A DNA stretch of 20,187 nucleotides from a virus: positions 80,820 to 101,006 of the IMG/VR virus record IMGVR_UViG_3300014348_000112. The stretch is one strand, 5' to 3'. The translations under genes were made by a program, and so were the position numbers. This document shows positions 1-7,553 of this stretch, piece after piece. Every line of letters starts with the position of its first letter. Within the stretch, counting starts at the first letter, position 1. Under the pieces are notes generated by a model, which was not told where the DNA came from, searched no databases, and worked only from the letters and a program-made list of their open reading frames with translations.

Positions 1-2684
1 GAAACCCGCACCTGGTGGGGGGATTTCCAGCCTAGGTCAATGGGTTCGCCTATTGCGTTCCAAATTCGGTCGTTGTACTCCCAGTCTATCTCTCTCAGGC
101 CATTCTTTTGGGTAAAGACCTTGTAGTCGAAACTCTCCAGAACCACCTCGCCCGTGGCTCCCTTAACCAAAGTAAAGCGCGCGCTGCCGGGATAGAAGTC
201 CGGGTTGAAGTCCGGCATCTCAGGGTCGGTCCACGTCACCATAATGTCAACGGTCGTTCTGGGGAACTGACCCTCGCGGGTGATCTCTCGCTCAGTGATG
301 GCCATGCTGACGTTGGTCGTAAGCCCCGGCCGGCTCATCAGACGCATGAAGGTGTCGGCGTCGGTGAACTCATCCAGCCGCGCGGGCGCGCCGGCGATCT
401 GCGGCTGCCCACCCTCTGGTCGCCACTGCCCGCCGCGCTCGTCGCCGGCCGGCCAACGAGGCTGCGAGGGGTCGTAAGTTTTTTCGATGCCGAACAGCTC
501 AGCAAAGCGCCGGCGGTCGTCCTCTCTGGCGCCGCTGCCCACAACCCTGGGGCGGTAGCCCTGTTGAGCTGCGGCGGTGATCTGGTAGGGGCCGAAGACC
601 CGTACCATCATCCCGTCGTCGCGCTCCATCAGGCTGGTCTCTTCAGCTTTTAGCCCGCGCCCGCCCAGGTCCCGGAACTTACGGTTGACCTGCTGGATGT
701 CATTGCTGGCGCGCGCCGTAACCTTTTCGTGGGCCTCCTCCAGGTTCAGTTGCCAGGCGTTCTGCTCGGCGACCAACTGGTTGCGCAACTTGTTGACTTG
801 GCGGGTGTCCATCCACTGGTCGTCACGGTAGCCCAGCGCCTGCCAGAGGTGCTCAGAGCCGTAGGTGGCAATCTTGCCGTCGGCGTGCTCCACGAAATAG
901 ACGTGAACGATCTTGCGTCCACAGGTGGCGCACTTGCCGGCGTTGTCCCAGTCGCTGACCTGTTTGCTGTAGTAGCCCTCGTGTTCGTTGTAGGCCAGGT
1001 CCTCGACCGTCTTGTGTTCGTAGGCGACCAGTTTGCTGCCGTTGGGGCCGGTAAAGGGCCGGTTCGACCGCATGTAGAGCTTGGCGTTGCGCGGCATCAC
1101 CGTGCCGCCGCCGTCCTCGGACCACTGACCGCCCTCTGGCTGCCCCGCCGGCACGCGCGGCTGGTCGGGGTTAAACTTCTTCTCTCCCATCGCGAACACG
1201 CGCCGGCTGGACCACAGCGTCACCACGTCGCCAGCGCCGTTGATGGCCACGAAGTCCTCGCCGGGTTCCAGCCGGGCGCGCCGGGCCTTCTCCGCCACGG
1301 CCTGGTCAACGGCCGGCGGGGTGGCCTGCTCGGCGGCCGGCGGGGTGGCCTGCTCAGCCGGCGGCGGCTCCTCGCGCTCGACCACCTCCGGCGCCTCTTC
1401 GTCGGTGTTGGCGTTGCCGTGGACGGTGGTCATGTTGGTCTCGGCCAGCCACTCCGGCGCCATCTCCAGCTCGACCAGCCAGCGCCGGGCCTCGTCGGGC
1501 GAAATGAGCTGCCCGCCGGCCAGGGTGGCGATGTTGGCGATGACCTTCTCCCGGATCGTCTCGCGCAGCAGGTCGTCTTCCGAGTCCTTCTGGTCGAAGA
1601 CGAACTCCAGCCCCTCCGGCAGGATGTCCCAGTTGACCATGCGCTCGACGCTGGACAGCGCGCGCCCAAAGCCCTTGCCCTTGGCCTTCTGGGCCTGCAC
1701 CTCGGCCTCGGCCTTGGTGGCGCCGGTCTGCGAGGCCGGCCAGAACTCCCGCACATCCACGCCAAAGTCGAGGGCCAGCGTGTAGACGTACAGCTCGATG
1801 GTGGTCTTCTTGTCGAAGCCCTCCGGCAGGCTGGAGAAGCTGGTCAGGTTGACGCCAATGGGGTTGATGGGTGACGACTGCGCCGCCAGCCACAGCACCC
1901 CCTTGAACGTCGTCTGCTGCTTGTCCTCTCGGTGGGCTTTGTACAGCTCAAAGGCCGACCTGACCTCGCTCTGCGTCATGCCGGTGATGGCGGCGATGCC
2001 GGGCAGCGGCATGTCGGACAGGCGCTCCTCTTCGTAGTTGTACAGCGCCATCAGCACCTGGGCGACCTTCAGCGCGCGGCTGGTGGCGCAGAAGCCCAGG
2101 CCGGCCTTGCTCTCGTCCGGCGTCGGCATGTCCACGATGCGGGTGTAGTCGCTCGGCTCCAGAGGGATGCGCTTGCCGCTAACCGCGCCGGTGATCAGGC
2201 GGGGATAGTAGGCCGCCGGCGTCTTGGGCGACGCGAGCAGTTGCATCGTGCCGGCATCCAGGTTGTAGACGCCCAGCACTGGCCCATTCTTGCCGTGCCG
2301 GCCCAGTTCGACAAAGCCGCCCTGGTCGGCCTGCCAGTAGTCCTGGAGCAGGCGGTCGAGGAAGAAGCTCCAGCCGGCGCCGGCGTCAGCCTCGGCCAGT
2401 ATCTCCTGGTAGCGGGTGACGCGGTTGCGGCCGCCGGTGATTTGCCAGTCCAGCGAGACGGCCTTGCTGGTCATGCTGGACAGCGCGCCCACCAGGATCG
2501 GCTCCTGGCGGGCAAACTCGCGCAGCTTGTCCACCCGGCTCGGATTGCCCCATTCTGGTATCGTGTTCTCGGACGTGAAGCGGTCGAAGAAGGTCCACAA
2601 ATACGCAGACGCGTCGGTCATCTGCCTGGCGTCGAAGCGGGGTTGTACCGAGAGTTTGCCGTTGGTGGCGGTCGTGGTTGGCAT
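1..2684 (-). CDS. Phage portal protein (HK97-like) with long C-terminal extension; 3' end outside window (>=894 aa)
   Basis: Manual translation from ATG at 2684 (MPTTTATNGKLSVQPRF...) stays open to base 1. The first ~430 aa show portal-like segments (GLGFCATSRAL...LYNYEEE...PGI; TLALDFGVDVREFW; VERMVNWDILPEGLEFVF; GQLISPDEARRWL), followed by a Pro/Glu linker and extra domains. Confidence 0.8.
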   Translation of the reverse strand, partial: MPTTTATNGKLSVQPRFDARQMTDASAYLWTFFDRFTSENTIPEWGNPSRVDKLREFARQEPILVGALSSMTSKAVSLDWQITGGRNRVTRYQEILAEADAGAGWSFFLDRLLQDYWQADQGGFVELGRHGKNGPVLGVYNLDAGTMQLLASPKTPAAYYPRLITGAVSGKRIPLEPSDYTRIVDMPTPDESKAGLGFCATSRALKVAQVLMALYNYEEERLSDMPLPGIAAITGMTQSEVRSAFELYKAHREDKQQTTFKGVLWLAAQSSPINPIGVNLTSFSSLPEGFDKKTTIELYVYTLALDFGVDVREFWPASQTGATKAEAEVQAQKAKGKGFGRALSSVERMVNWDILPEGLEFVFDQKDSEDDLLRETIREKVIANIATLAGGQLISPDEARRWLVELEMAPEWLAETNMTTVHGNANTDEEAPEVVEREEPPPAEQATPPAAEQATPPAVDQAVAEKARRARLEPGEDFVAINGAGDVVTLWSSRRVFAMGEKKFNPDQPRVPAGQPEGGQWSEDGGGTVMPRNAKLYMRSNRPFTGPNGSKLVAYEHKTVEDLAYNEHEGYYSKQVSDWDNAGKCATCGRKIVHVYFVEHADGKIATYGSEHLWQALGYRDDQWMDTRQVNKLRNQLVAEQNAWQLNLEEAHEKVTARASNDIQQVNRKFRDLGGRGLKAEETSLMERDDGMMVRVFGPYQITAAAQQGYRPRVVGSGAREDDRRRFAELFGIEKTYDPSQPRWPAGDERGGQWRPEGGQPQIAGAPARLDEFTDADTFMRLMSRPGLTTNVSMAITEREITREGQFPRTTVDIMVTWTDPEMPDFNPDFYPGSARFTLVKGATGEVVLESFDYKVFTQKNGLREIDWEYNDRIWNAIGEPIDLGWKSPHQVRV
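1310..1355 (-). repeat. 24-bp-period tandem repeat encoding EQATPPA(A/V) linker in portal
   Basis: cggccggcggggtggcctgctc at 1310-1331 and 1334-1355. Confidence 0.85.
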
Positions 2685-2700
2685 GGCCGGCCCGAATACG

Positions 2701-2736
2701 AAAAACGCCCCGCGAGAAGAAGGCTCTCGCGGGGCG
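2701..2736 (-). terminator. Intrinsic terminator/attenuator in portal leader
   Basis: 12-bp perfect stem CGCCCCGCGAGA/TCTCGCGGGGCG with 7-nt loop, followed by TTTTT on the minus strand, 16 nt before the portal ATG. Confidence 0.8.
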
Positions 2737-2758
2737 CAGGGTTAGCGGTGGGTGTAGC

Positions 2759-2776
2759 GGCGCTCAAGGCGCTCAA
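2759..2776 (-). promoter_or_regulatory. TTGAGCGCC x2 tandem repeat in leader (candidate Com-family protein binding site)
   Basis: ggcgctcaa-ggcgctcaa on plus; lies between the promoter and the terminator. Confidence 0.55.
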
Positions 2777-2799
2777 CGTTGTTCGTCGGCTACTCAGCC

Positions 2800-2829
2800 A
2801 GTATAGCACGCGACAGGACGGGTTGTCAA
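2800..2829 (-). promoter_or_regulatory. Leftward sigma70-type promoter for portal operon
   Basis: TTGACA (2829-2824), 18 bp spacer, TGc-TATACT (2805-2800) extended -10. Confidence 0.75.
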
Positions 2830-2860
2830 GACCCAAGTTTGAGTTACTCGAACTCGATAC

Positions 2861-2889
2861 TTGACAGATTTTGGTTATAGGTGTATAAT
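2861..2889 (+). promoter_or_regulatory. Early promoter P1
   Basis: TTGACA-17 bp-TATAAT consensus; related to promoters at 5034, 8839 and 11419. Confidence 0.9.
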
Positions 2890-2942
2890 TCCTTTGACGG
2901 TAGAGAGAGGCCGCAGGGCCAACAGCCAAGGAGCGCACCCCC

Positions 2943-3128
2943 ATGAAACGCATCGCCACCGCAACGGCCAAAGCCTGGCCCCACACCTACACCTACCGGC
3001 TCTACCAGTTTGGCCCCCGGACCTTCGCCTGGATGGCCGGCAGCTTCCGGGTGAGCGGCCTGCCCAACTACCGCAACGCCGAAGCTGCGCTGGCTGCGGC
3101 CAAGGAGCTGGGCTGGACGATTGTCTAG
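2943..3128 (+). CDS. hypothetical protein (61 aa)
   Basis: AAGGAG RBS, GC3-rich codons, first gene after P1. Confidence 0.75.
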   Translation: MKRIATATAKAWPHTYTYRLYQFGPRTFAWMAGSFRVSGLPNYRNAEAALAAAKELGWTIV

Positions 3129-3144
3129 CCGGCCGGCCGGCCCG

Positions 3145-3165
3145 AATCCGCAAAATTTGCGGATT
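3145..3165. promoter_or_regulatory. Palindrome AATCCGCAAA-A-TTTGCGGATT
   Basis: 10-bp arms; second copy at 8890-8914; both lie just before a CAACAAGGAGA RBS. Confidence 0.7.
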
Positions 3166-3188
3166 TGCCCAACAAGGAGACCTGACCC

Positions 3189-3377
3189 ATGACCGCAGAC
3201 GAGCTACAGAAAGGCTATCTCTACCGCATCAAGGCCGACGTGGCGCTCAAGGTTTGCGCCGGCCCCATGTTCTACATAGGCGTGACGACGTACCGGGGCG
3301 TCGCCTACCACGACTTCTGGGATTCCAAGCTGCGCCTGCATCACTGGATCGCCCCAGAGGAGGTAGAACTGGTATGA
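3189..3377 (+). CDS. hypothetical protein (62 aa)
   Basis: CAAGGAGACC RBS. Confidence 0.75.
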   Translation: MTADELQKGYLYRIKADVALKVCAGPMFYIGVTTYRGVAYHDFWDSKLRLHHWIAPEEVELV

Positions 3378-3514
3378 CCCGTATCAAGCTACGCAGGACG
3401 GCGACTTGCCCGGTGTGCAAGCGTAAGATTACCCTGATCAAGCACAGCGGCACGCTCCGTCGGCACATGAGCAGCCCCGGCGTTGTTTGCGCTGGCGCGT
3501 GGAGGAAGCCATGA
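3374..3514 (+). CDS. small zinc-finger-like protein (46 aa, CPVC...H...C)
   Basis: ATGA overlaps at both ends, GGAGG RBS; MTRIKLRRTATCPVCKRK... Confidence 0.65.
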   Translation: MTRIKLRRTATCPVCKRKITLIKHSGTLRRHMSSPGVVCAGAWRKP

Positions 3515-3717
3515 CCACCGCTACCCTGATCTGCGCCGACGGGACCCCCGTCACCATCGTCAACGTCCCGGCCTGGGTGATGGCCTACGCCAAGCACAAG
3601 GCCGGCGGCGGGCGCCTCGGCTTGGCCGCGTGGCTGGGCGAGCACGACCTGGCGACCCTGGCCGCGTTGGAGGCGGACGGCGCGCTGAGCGACCCGCTAC
3701 TGGAGGGCGCCCGATGA
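3511..3717 (+). CDS. hypothetical protein (68 aa)
   Basis: GGAGG RBS, ATGA coupling. Confidence 0.7.
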   Translation: MTTATLICADGTPVTIVNVPAWVMAYAKHKAGGGRLGLAAWLGEHDLATLAALEADGALSDPLLEGAR

Positions 3718-3902
3718 CCGACCTAAAGATCGGCGATAAAGTCATTTGGCAGGAGACAAGGAAGTGGGGAGGCAAACAGAACTGTCCTGCCACTTTTCTC
3801 GGCTATGTCGGCAAGAAGAGCATCAGCGCGCAAATCGACGTAGCCGGCCAGCGCAAGACTGTGCGCGTCGCCAACCTTAGCAAAGAGGAGACTACCCCAT
3901 GA
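3714..3902 (+). CDS. small SH3/KOW-like beta-barrel protein (62 aa)
   Basis: MTDLKIGDKVIW...VRVANL pattern; ATGA coupling. Confidence 0.65.
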   Translation: MTDLKIGDKVIWQETRKWGGKQNCPATFLGYVGKKSISAQIDVAGQRKTVRVANLSKEETTP

Positions 3903-4255
3903 CCATCCCCACCTTCGACGAGCAAGCCACCGCCGACCTGCTGGCCACCATCGAAAACGCCAAGACCCGCCAGGACGTGGTGCCGGCCTACGCCGCTGGC
4001 ATCATGCACAAGCCCGGCCCCCGCTTCCTGCCGGCCAACGAGGCCATCACCGCCAAGTGGTCGAAGGCCGGCCTGCGCTGGATCAAGCAGCAGGCGTGGA
4101 AGATCGTGGACGCGGAGACGCTCAAGCAGTCGCGCGCCGATGCCGGCACGATCTGGGCCATCCAAGAAAACGGCCTGATCCTGGTCGAGCTGGCGGAGTG
4201 CCTGTGGCCGGTCAACGCAGAGGACATCCAGCCGGCAAAGGAGGCAACCCCATGA
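3899..4255 (+). CDS. hypothetical protein (118 aa)
   Basis: GAGGAG RBS, ATGA coupling. Confidence 0.75.
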   Translation: MTIPTFDEQATADLLATIENAKTRQDVVPAYAAGIMHKPGPRFLPANEAITAKWSKAGLRWIKQQAWKIVDAETLKQSRADAGTIWAIQENGLILVELAECLWPVNAEDIQPAKEATP

Positions 4256-4485
4256 CCGCATCAACTGGCTACCGCAAGCTGACGACCCAGTATCTGGAAA
4301 CCGTAGACGGGCACGGCCACGCCAGCGCCGTTAGACTGCTCAGTGATGCCGAAGCGCTGCTGCGTGACGCGCTGGACTTGTTCAGCGGCACCCACGAACT
4401 TTGCGATGAAGTCGAGTCGCCTGAGTGGATTTGGCGCTGGCGCGTGTTGGAGTTGCTAGATGACGCCCAGGAGGTGCAGATATGA
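4252..4485 (+). CDS. hypothetical protein (77 aa)
   Basis: AAGGAGG RBS, ATGA coupling; MTASTGYRKL... Confidence 0.7.
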   Translation: MTASTGYRKLTTQYLETVDGHGHASAVRLLSDAEALLRDALDLFSGTHELCDEVESPEWIWRWRVLELLDDAQEVQI

Positions 4486-4730
4486 CCCACCCGACCGACC
4501 CCCGCGACGCCGCGATTGACGCTATACTCGCCAATCGCGGCTTGCCGTTCACAACGTACACTGATCCGTCAAGCGCCAGCCTGCAACGGCGGCTCGGTAT
4601 CTCCCAGCGCGCCATCGTCAACGCCTGTAAGCGCAACGGCTGGCCCTGGCGCAAGGTCTACGGCCGCATCTGGGTGTGCGCCGACTTCGAGCAGCGCTGG
4701 GCGGAGATCACCGGAAAGGACAGCATTTAA
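4482..4730 (+). CDS. excisionase/MerR-like HTH DNA-binding protein (82 aa)
   Basis: SLQRRLGISQRAIVNACKRNGWPWRKVYGRIWV resembles an HTH plus wing; AGGAGG RBS. Confidence 0.6.
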   Translation: MTHPTDPRDAAIDAILANRGLPFTTYTDPSSASLQRRLGISQRAIVNACKRNGWPWRKVYGRIWVCADFEQRWAEITGKDSI

Positions 4731-5011
4731 TGCGTACCCTACCCCATAACGCCCTAGAGCTAGGCCCCCTGGCCGGCCCTTGGATCGACGCGACCGCCTT
4801 CGACGAACACCACGTGACGCTGGCCGAATTAGATGCAGCCGCCGCTTTCCCGGCTGACTGGAGCAGGATTCTAGATGCGCGTCCTTTTACTGGCGTAACG
4901 GCTATAATTCACGATTTCGTCCGGCCCCATGTGCGCGGCGAGGGCGACGTAATCGAGCACCAAACCATCGTCCACGCCAAGGGACTGGCCACGATCATGG
5001 CGTTCGCCTGA
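4730..5011 (+). CDS. hypothetical protein (93 aa)
   Basis: TAATG coupling, AAGGA RBS. Confidence 0.6.
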   Translation: MRTLPHNALELGPLAGPWIDATAFDEHHVTLAELDAAAAFPADWSRILDARPFTGVTAIIHDFVRPHVRGEGDVIEHQTIVHAKGLATIMAFA

Positions 5012-5033
5012 TGCGCGCGGTCGTAATTGATAC

Positions 5034-5062
5034 TTGACAGTTTTTGCTTTTGGGTGTATAAT
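5034..5062 (+). promoter_or_regulatory. Early promoter P2
   Basis: TTGACA-17 bp-TATAAT; near-identical to P3. Confidence 0.9.
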
Positions 5063-5120
5063 ACTCTTGACGGCACAGAGAGGCCACACCGGCCATCACC
5101 CACAGCAAGGAGACCAGACG

Positions 5121-5501
5121 ATGAGCAACACCAGCCGCAGCCTACGCCAAGAGGAAATCGACAGCTACAACCGCCAGCGCTTCATCGACCAGGTGCTGGC
5201 GGCCATCGCCAACGGGCGCAAGGTACGCTTCCTGATCCACAAGCGCAACTACAGCCTGGTCGAGGTGCAGAAACGCACCACTGGAGAGTACGAGTTTCAG
5301 GTAGCCGACCGCTCCCGCTACACCTACCGCATGAGTGACTTCATCCAGTTTCTGGAGACCATCTACGACAGCGGCGCCGAGATCATCAGCCTGACCGGCG
5401 AGGCCGAGATCACCGCCGAACGACAGACCGCCAACGCCGACGCCGAGCCGGATCACGACTACGAGATCGCCAAGCGCCAGGAGGCGCAGAAAGGAGAGTA
5501 A
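5121..5501 (+). CDS. hypothetical protein (126 aa)
   Basis: CAAGGAGACC RBS; MSNTSRSLRQEE... Confidence 0.8.
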   Translation: MSNTSRSLRQEEIDSYNRQRFIDQVLAAIANGRKVRFLIHKRNYSLVEVQKRTTGEYEFQVADRSRYTYRMSDFIQFLETIYDSGAEIISLTGEAEITAERQTANADAEPDHDYEIAKRQEAQKGE

Positions 5502-5589
5502 GCCCTGAACACAAACCCCGGTCCCGGACAGCCCCGCCGCTCAAACGTAGCCAATCGTGCGACGCGGCGGGGCAGTGGACCGAGACACC

Positions 5590-5638
5590 GCCGTCGCTGG
5601 GTGTGTGCCCAGCCCGATGAAGCGAAAGCAGAAACGGC
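5590..5638 (+). ncRNA. Type III hammerhead-like ribozyme (variant core)
   Basis: GCCGU-C / GCUGGG(U)..(G)CCCAGC / CCGAUGA / AGC-GAAA-GCA / GAAA-CGGC; deviates at U4->C and has a weak stem II. Confidence 0.45.
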
Positions 5639-5738
5639 ACCTTACCACCAGAATGAAGCGGCTGAATAACGAGGCGTCGGGACGCCTACACGTTGATTGA
5701 TCCCAACGTGAGACTGCGCACCACTTGGAAATGACCAA

Positions 5739-5874
5739 GCCCGTGTAGCTCAAACGGCAGAGCAGCCACCAGCACTTACAGCCGGGCGATGATCCCTCCC
5801 GGACTAAGTAGAAGGCAAGCTGATCACTTGCTGGCTGAAATGGAAGGTTGGAAGTTCAAGTCCTCCCACGGGCA
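5739..5874 (+). ncRNA. tRNA-like RNA with ~60-nt structured insertion in the anticodon arm (136 nt)
   Basis: Acceptor GCCCGTG/CACGGGC+A, TA-GCTC-AAACGGCA-GAGC D arm, GGAAG-TTCAAGT-CCTCC T arm; no encoded CCA; anticodon not assignable. Confidence 0.65.
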
Positions 5875-6115
5875 GCGCGCAGTGTAGGCCGCAAAAACAG
5901 CAATCAATACGACAGTACCTTACCAACCTCACAACGCACCCGTCGCCCATCAACGGCGACGCCCCAGGCAGGAGCGCTGTCAGCGGGAAAACCGCTGAAG
6001 CTGCGGCGAAGCCGAAAGCCCGCCGGCCCAGCGCTCCGGGCCGAACCCCGATACCACGGTGGGCGCCGGGTTTGCCGGCGAGTGAGCGTGAGGACCAGCA
6101 CAAGGAGACCGCCCC

Positions 6116-6409
6116 ATGAACTGCCCCTGCTGCGGCAAGCCCATCAGTCAGAAAGACCTCAACACGCCCTACATCGACCGCCACGGGCACGCCATCAGAG
6201 GCGTCTACGAGCACAGCCGCTGCGGCGCCGTGCTGGGCCAGTGCTACAAGGGCGACGCCTACGGCATCTACATCCCCCAGTGGGCGCCGGCCGACACGCC
6301 AGCCGAGAACCAGCGCTACTTTGACCTGACCGTGCTGGGCAGCGCCGGCATCGAGCGGGTCCACGGCTGGTTCGATATCGAGACCCGCAAGCTGACCCGG
6401 GTCGGCTGA
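6116..6409 (+). CDS. hypothetical protein, Cys/His-rich N-terminus (97 aa)
   Basis: CAAGGAGACC RBS; CPCC...HxxC. Confidence 0.8.
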   Translation: MNCPCCGKPISQKDLNTPYIDRHGHAIRGVYEHSRCGAVLGQCYKGDAYGIYIPQWAPADTPAENQRYFDLTVLGSAGIERVHGWFDIETRKLTRVG

Positions 6410-6456
6410 GCACAAGGGCCGGGGACCGCAACCCGGCCCGAAGGAGGAACTACCCC

Positions 6457-6675
6457 ATGCACGACGAACAGACCTTCCCTGCCGGCACCATAGCGGAGTG
6501 CAACCGCTGCAAGCAGTTCAGCCCGTTGCCCAAGCCGTGCCTGGGCCATCTGGAGGCGCCGACATCCGAGTTTCTCTCCGCCGTCTACCGCCTGGACACC
6601 ATGTGCCTGCTGGGCTGCGGCCACATGGACGCCCACTGGGTGCTCGTTACGCCGGAGAAGGAGGCAAGCTCGTGA
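6457..6675 (+). CDS. putative zinc-binding small protein (72 aa)
   Basis: AAGGAGG RBS; CNRC...CLLGCGH. Confidence 0.7.
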   Translation: MHDEQTFPAGTIAECNRCKQFSPLPKPCLGHLEAPTSEFLSAVYRLDTMCLLGCGHMDAHWVLVTPEKEASS

Positions 6676-7007
6676 CCGACAAGGAATACATCAGCGAGAT
6701 CACCGCCGCCCTTCGGGACTGGGCGGGCAGGTGCGCCGGCGACCTGAGCGACAAGGACGCCCACGCCAGCCAGTGGCGCCAGCGCTTCCGGGAGTTCGGC
6801 TACGGCCTGGGCGACCTGCTGGCGCGCGGCAAGACGAGCGGCGCCGCCATCCGCAGCACCACCGGCTCGGCCTACTCGACCCTATACGTGGTCAACGCCT
6901 TCAACCGCCGGCCCGGCGTGGTGCTCAGCGCCGGCGACGTGGTGGGCGAGATCAACACCGGCATCGCCCAGGCCCAGGCCGACCGCACCGCCATCAAGGA
7001 GACCTGA
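6672..7007 (+). CDS. hypothetical protein (111 aa)
   Basis: GTGA coupling, AAGGAGG RBS. Confidence 0.7.
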   Translation: MTDKEYISEITAALRDWAGRCAGDLSDKDAHASQWRQRFREFGYGLGDLLARGKTSGAAIRSTTGSAYSTLYVVNAFNRRPGVVLSAGDVVGEINTGIAQAQADRTAIKET

Positions 7008-7010
7008 CCC

Positions 7011-7307
7011 ATGCCCCGCAAGCAGACCGTCCACGGCAAGCCCATCGTCCGCAAGTCCACCCACGTCCGCTACTTCTCGCAGCACCGCATCTGCCTGGAG
7101 TACCGCCCCCTGTCCAGGCCAAAGCACGAGTACGTCGCCTGGTTCATCGGCGACGACGGCAAGGAGGCCGGCTACGACGTGACCAAGAAGGTCTATGACG
7201 GCTTGCGCGTGCCTGAGACCGTCCACAACAGCGCCAGCGACCGCCTGGAGTGGGAGCGCCTACAAAAGCGCCGGCAGCCCAGCTACAGCGGCTTTGTAAG
7301 ACCTTGA
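7011..7307 (+). CDS. hypothetical protein (98 aa)
   Basis: CAAGGAGACC RBS. Confidence 0.75.
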   Translation: MPRKQTVHGKPIVRKSTHVRYFSQHRICLEYRPLSRPKHEYVAWFIGDDGKEAGYDVTKKVYDGLRVPETVHNSASDRLEWERLQKRRQPSYSGFVRP

Positions 7308-7319
7308 AGGAGACCACCC

Positions 7320-7553
7320 ATGCGCTGCACCCAACGCATCCCACCGCCCGGAGCGAACGACCTGCACCCCGCCGCCAAGCCATGCACGCGGGAGGCAACC
7401 CACAAGTTGATCGCCCCTAACGGCACCCTGATCCCCGGCGGGCTGTGCCTTGAACACGGCCAGGCCGTGGTCGAGGAGTACGCCGCCAAGCTGGGCGAGA
7501 CCTGGACCTTGCGGCCGGTCGATGAGCACGGCCGGCTGGTGATCGAGGAATAA
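7320..7553 (+). CDS. hypothetical protein (77 aa)
   Basis: AAGGAGACC RBS; Cys/His residues. Confidence 0.7.
   Translation: MRCTQRIPPPGANDLHPAAKPCTREATHKLIAPNGTLIPGGLCLEHGQAVVEEYAAKLGETWTLRPVDEHGRLVIEE

Noticed and set aside
108-2864. Long plus-strand ORFs (108..653, 729..1874, 1932..2864)
   Set aside because: Antisense shadows of the GC3-biased portal gene; no RBS or motifs
2894-2899. TTGACG after each -10 as a tandem second promoter
   Set aside because: No -10 hexamer at the proper spacing downstream
5739-5874. Call as functional tRNA-Phe or tmRNA
   Set aside because: The anticodon arm is non-canonical; there is no G3-U70 Ala identity or tag reading frame
5656-6040. Additional hammerhead/twister/HDV-like ribozymes at ~5658-5717 and ~5971-6037
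   Set aside because: Three-way-junction shapes, but conserved cores (CUGANGA plus GAAA in register) are missing
5804-6415. ORFs 5848..6324 (+) and 5804..6415 (-) across the ncRNA island
   Set aside because: No RBS, low-complexity R/P/A composition, and overlap with the tRNA-like fold and the real 6116 gene
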